From Macrostomum lignano (Eukaryota): a stretch of DNA of 64,000 bases. The stretch lies in the NCBI GenBank assembly GCA_002269645.1, contig NIVC01000438.1:225379-289378 (forward strand), given 5' to 3'. Each line of letters opens with the position of its first letter. Within the stretch, counting starts at the first letter, position 1. This document shows positions 59,385-64,000 of the stretch, one piece after another. The notes beneath the pieces were generated by a model that was not told the DNA's origin, searched no databases, and saw only the letters and a list, made by a program, of their open reading frames with translations. Position numbers and translations under genes: made by a program.

Positions 59385-62300
59385 TCAAGACTGCTCTTCA
59401 ACAGCAGCAGCGGCCGCAGCCGCAGCAGCCGCGGCAGCCGCATTGTTAACGGCATAGAAATTCGACAAAATCGACGACCTCCGCTGCTGCACCGGAGATG
59501 CCGCCAAGCCGCCGCTGCCGGCAGTCTGTCGAAGTTTTTTAGCCGCCGGCTGGTTGCCATTAGCAACGGGCCCAGTCAAGCCACTGACGCGTTTCCTGCC
59601 GCTACTATCAGTAGTATTAGTGTTATTATTGCTGGCAGACTTGCGACTCTGCACAGAGAAGCAGGCCACTCCGGTTGAAGACTTCACTTTGCTTTCAGCG
59701 GCCGCCGCCACGGCTGCCTTGAGGCCGCTGTCGCCGCCGCCGCCGCTGCCGGCTGACTTGGCAACCAGCTGACGCAGCGAGGCGGAACTGTCTCGACTTC
59801 TGGTTAGAAACGAGCCGCTGCGCTTTATTGGAGCAAAATTTTTGCGTTTGTTAAGCGACGCGGAACAATCTGGTTGCTGCTGTTGTTGCTTTTGCTGTTG
59901 CTGCTTCTGCTGAACAACAGGTCGGGTCTTGGGCGGCAGCATCTGACCAGCAATGCTTTTGCTGGCGCTGTTTGAAGTCTCTTTCAGCACCCGAGCGTGC
60001 ATGTCGCGAAAGAACTGCGATTGCTGCGAACTGCTGTCTTCTAGGAGATGCTGATGATGCTGATTGGGATGCTGAGCAGTGATGGACAGGCCGCTCTGGG
60101 ACTCCTGGGCGGCCAGCTGCAGCATGAGCCGGTGCTGCTGTTGCTGCTCCTGCTCTTCCAGAAATTTCTCGCGTTTGTGCCGCTCAATTCGAAGGGCCTG
60201 GCGAAGCGGATTAGCGGATTAACGGATATAGGGAACGGAGTCTTAATCTAGAACAAAAAATACCCCATCTAATGACAGAAAGACCCTATCTAATGGCAGA
60301 AATACCCCATCTAATGACAGAAATACCTCATCTAATGACAAAAATACCTCATCTAATGACAAAAATACCCCATCTAATGACAAAAATACCTCATCTAATT
60401 ACAGAAATACCCCATTTGATGACAAAAATACCCCATCTAATGACAGATAGACCCTATCTAATGACAGAAATACCACCCATCTAATGACAAAAATACCCTA
60501 TCTAATGACAGATAGACCCTATCTAATGACAGAAATACCACCCACCTAATTACAGAAATACCCTATCTAATGACAAAAATACACAATCTAATGACAGAAA
60601 TACCCCATCTAATGACAGAAATACCCATCTAATGACAGAAATACCCATCTAATGACAGTAATATCCCATCTAATGACAGAAATACCACCCATCTAATGAC
60701 AGAAATACCACCCATCTAATGACAGAAATACCCCATCTAATGACAGAAAGACCCTATCTAATGACAGAAATACCCCATCTAATGACAGAAATACCCCATC
60801 TAACCGCGAATCATCACCTGCTCGGCCCTGGCCTCGGCCTCCTGTTCCTCCTCCTCTCGCCTTCGCTGCTCCTCGTCCTCGCCGTCGCCCCAGCAGGCGT
60901 CCTCCAGGCCGGCTCTGGCCGCAGCCTCAGCGGCGTCGCGCCGCTCCTGCAGCTCCTTCCACCGGTTGAATCGCCACTTCCTGACGCCGCCATCGGCGTC
61001 GGATTCGTCGGCGAGCTCGCCGTCTGGCAGCAGCAGCTCCTTCAGCTGGTCCAGCCGGCGACGATCCTCGTCGGTCTCCATGGCGTGCTGGATTCGAGCG
61101 ACCTGACGTCGAACCTTCGACCTGCCGCCCAGCGCATCTTCATCGTCGTCGATCATGCCTTCGAGCTCGGCGGCCAGAGCTTGATCCAGCGAGTCGCCAT
61201 CTTCGGGATTGTCAACATCGTCAGCCCCGCCGTCATCTGAGCCGCTCAGTTCGGCTTCTTCTTCAAGAAAGTCGCGCTGGCGAAGCCGACGCTTGCGAGA
61301 ATCGGACTTGATATTGTCATCGGCGCTGTCTGCCGCTCTCTCTTCATCTTCATCGCCCTCATTGTTGTCTTCGCTTTCTTCTTCTTCTTCATTATCAGAA
61401 GATTTGGCATCTCCGTCATCATCGGATTCCTCATCAGCTTCGTCGCTTCCTTCATCTTCGTCTTCCTCATCGCTGCCAACTATGAACTGACGCGTCTGGA
61501 TTTTATTGCGCAGCTTCTGAATGCCGATTTCTTCGTCAGCTTCGTCCTCGTTTACGTCGTCATTATTATCGGATATCTTAGATTTATCCTTTGAATCTTT
61601 TCCGGATTTATCGTTGGATGTTTCTTCGAAATTATCGTTAAAATGACTGGCAGCTTCTTCATTGGAACTTTCGTCCGGCTTTTGTCCGGAATTATTGTCG
61701 GATTTATCTTCGGAATTAACGTCGTGTTTACTCGTCATTGCCGAAAACGAGGAAGATTTTGCAGACCTAACAGCTGCTGGCATCTCTTGCAAAGCGTCAT
61801 CTTGACTATCTGGATTAACAACTCCGCTAAGCATCAAGGCTTTAGCTAAATCATCGTCAGCCGAATTGTCAACGCTTTCATCAACAATGCCATAGGCTGC
61901 TACATCGATACCGTCTTCATTCTGGGTGAGTCTGGCCTGTTCAGTCTGTGTGATGCAGTCGGGAAACTCATTCTGCGGTTTAACCGCTTTAGCAGCTACT
62001 AACGGTGCCTGGGTGATGAAGTCCGGAAAGGCGTTACTAGAATTATTGTTATTACAAGTTCCACCCTTATCGCCCTCTGCGGCTAGCGGTGTGAAACTGG
62101 GAAATGCTCCCACAGACGATGAAGGCAAGCCTGATGCGCCCCCCGTAGCTGATTGGGAATTGTCGAAATGAAGCTGCGATTGAACCAATGCGTCCTGCTG
62201 AAGCTCCTGGGTGCTGGAACGAATTCACAAATGGGTTTTACAGATTAAAAGAAAAAAGATTTCATTAATCAAATCAACAAATGGTCAGCAGTTACCTGAA

Positions 62301-64000
62301 CCAATCGTCGCTGGTGGATAGTTCCTGCAAGATAGACGGAGGGACAAAGGAGAGTGGTTTAAATCTTTGTTCTAAGATGAAGACAACAGATACACAATTA
62401 TTAAATAGTATAATTGTTACAGAGGTGACTAAGGATATGGTGATTAAAAAATCTACGCGATAAGGATTAAACAGGGATGTGTGGAAACAAAGGTGCAGGA
62501 AAAAGTGTACATTAGTAAATAAGGGACATGGGTCGATAAAAAGACATGGCTAGACACATGTCCGTATCTACCCACGGACACATGGATAGATACGGACACA
62601 TGGGTAGATACGGACACATGGGTAGATACGGACACATGGGTAGATACGGACACATGGGTAGATACGGACACATGGGTAGATACGGACACATGGGTAGATA
62701 CGGACACCTGGGTAGATACGGACACATGGGTAGATACGGACACATGGGTAGATACGGACACATGGGTAGATACGGACACATGGGTAGACACGGAAACATG
62801 GGTAGATACGGACACATGGGTAGATACGGACACATGGGTAGATACGGACACATGGGTAGACACGGAAACATGGGTAGATACGGACACATGGGTAGATACG
62901 GACACATGGGTAGATACGGACACATGGGTAGATACGGAAACATGGGTAGATACGGACACATGGGTAGATACGGACACATGGGTAGATACGGACACATGGG
63001 TAGATACGGACACCTGGGTAGATACGGACACATGGGTAGACACGGACACATGGGTAGATACGGACACCTGGGTAGATACGGACACACGGGTAGATACGGA
63101 CACATGGGTAGACACGGACACATGGGTAGACACGGACACATGGGTAGATACGGACACATGGGTAGATACGGACACATGGGTAGATACGGACACCTGGGTA
63201 GATACGGACACATGGGTAGATAAAGACACATGGGTAGATACGGACACATGGGTAGATACGGACACCTGGGTAGATACGGACACACGGGTAGATAGACACA
63301 TGGGTAGATAAAGACACATGGGTAGATAAAGACACATGGGTAGATAAAGACACATGGGTAGATAAAGACACATGGGTAGATAAAGACACATGGGTAGATA
63401 CGGACACCTGGGTAGATAAAGACACATGGGTAGATACGGACACCTGGGTAGATAAAGACACATGGGTAGATAAAGACACATGGGTAGATAAAGACACATG
63501 GGTAGATAAAGACACATGGGTAGATACGGACACATGGGTAGATACGGACACATGGGTAGATACGGACACATGGGTAGATAAAGACACATGGGTAGATACG
63601 GACACATGGGTAGATACGGACACACGGGTAGATAAAGACACATGGGTAGATAAAGACACATGGGTAGATAAAGACACATGGGTAGATAAAGACACATGGG
63701 TAGATACGGACACATGGGTAGATACGGACACATGGGTAGATACGGACACATGGGTAGATAAAGACACATGGGTAGATAAAGACACATGGGTAGATAAAGA
63801 CACATGGGTAGATACGGACACATGGGTAGATACGGACACATGGGTAGATACGGACACATGGGTAGATACGGATACACACGGACACCAAACAAGCCAGCAG
63901 AAATCGCAGAGCACATCAATAGCATTACCCGCTGGTACTGGGTGGGCTGCGGTGTGTCAGGCAGCTGACTGGGCAGCCGCTGACCGCCCAGCAGCGCGGC
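59385..64000 (-). CDS. CLSPN: Claspin (Mrc1) homolog, 3' part; exons (>64000)-63929, 62324-62296, 62213-60818, 60197-59385
   Basis: DFLEEEAELSGSD...IQHAMETDEDRRRLDQLKELLLPDGEL...VRKWRFNRW matches the Claspin C-terminal conserved block (YLEDEAEVSGSD...LDDDKRQL..YQERYL.DGDL...RKFRW). Acidic tracts; splice phases 0/2/0 are consistent. Confidence 0.88.
60262..60800. repeat. 21-bp minisatellite (AATGACAGAAATACCCCATCT) in Claspin intron
   Basis: Tandem units fill almost the whole intron. Confidence 0.96.
62565..63875. repeat. 18-bp minisatellite (ACATGGGTAGATACGGAC / ATAAAGAC variant) in Claspin intron
   Basis: About 73 units. Confidence 0.97.

Noticed and set aside
60719-61849. Plus-strand ORFs opposite Claspin (and similar ones opposite NOC3L at 6832-7284 and 8379-8691)
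   Set aside because: Antisense shadows of GC-rich coding exons with no independent motifs.
62453-63925. Long ORFs in the 18-bp repeat
   Set aside because: Open in several frames at once because of the unit length; lies in a Claspin intron.

Overview
This is metazoan nuclear DNA with GT-AG introns, GC-rich exons and AT-rich spacers; it is not prokaryotic. Nearly every intron is filled by its own minisatellite, a style that suggests a Macrostomum-like flatworm genome (inference only). Genes recognised by motif: an ENaC/DEG channel with frameshifts (+), a C11orf98 homolog (-), NOC3L (-), a RING-B-box-coiled-coil-NHL TRIM protein (-), ANKRD40 (+) and the 3' part of Claspin (-). Three further genes were rebuilt from splice phases: a CG-1-like domain gene (+), a C-terminal OCRE-domain gene (+) and a two-exon hypothetical gene (-). 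The main structure is a 12.5-kb head-to-tail trimer of a non-autonomous Helitron (17763-30238, minus strand). Each unit has Helitron termini, two internal minisatellites and a tRNA-derived Pol III cassette. It adjoins a decayed, strongly CpG-depleted Ty3/Gypsy fragment, and both may lie in an 18-kb first intron of the CG-1-like gene. Two tRNA-derived SINE-like elements are also present. Most long ORFs in the supplied track are translations of tandem repeats. All family assignments come from remembered motifs, with no database search, and counts are by eye.
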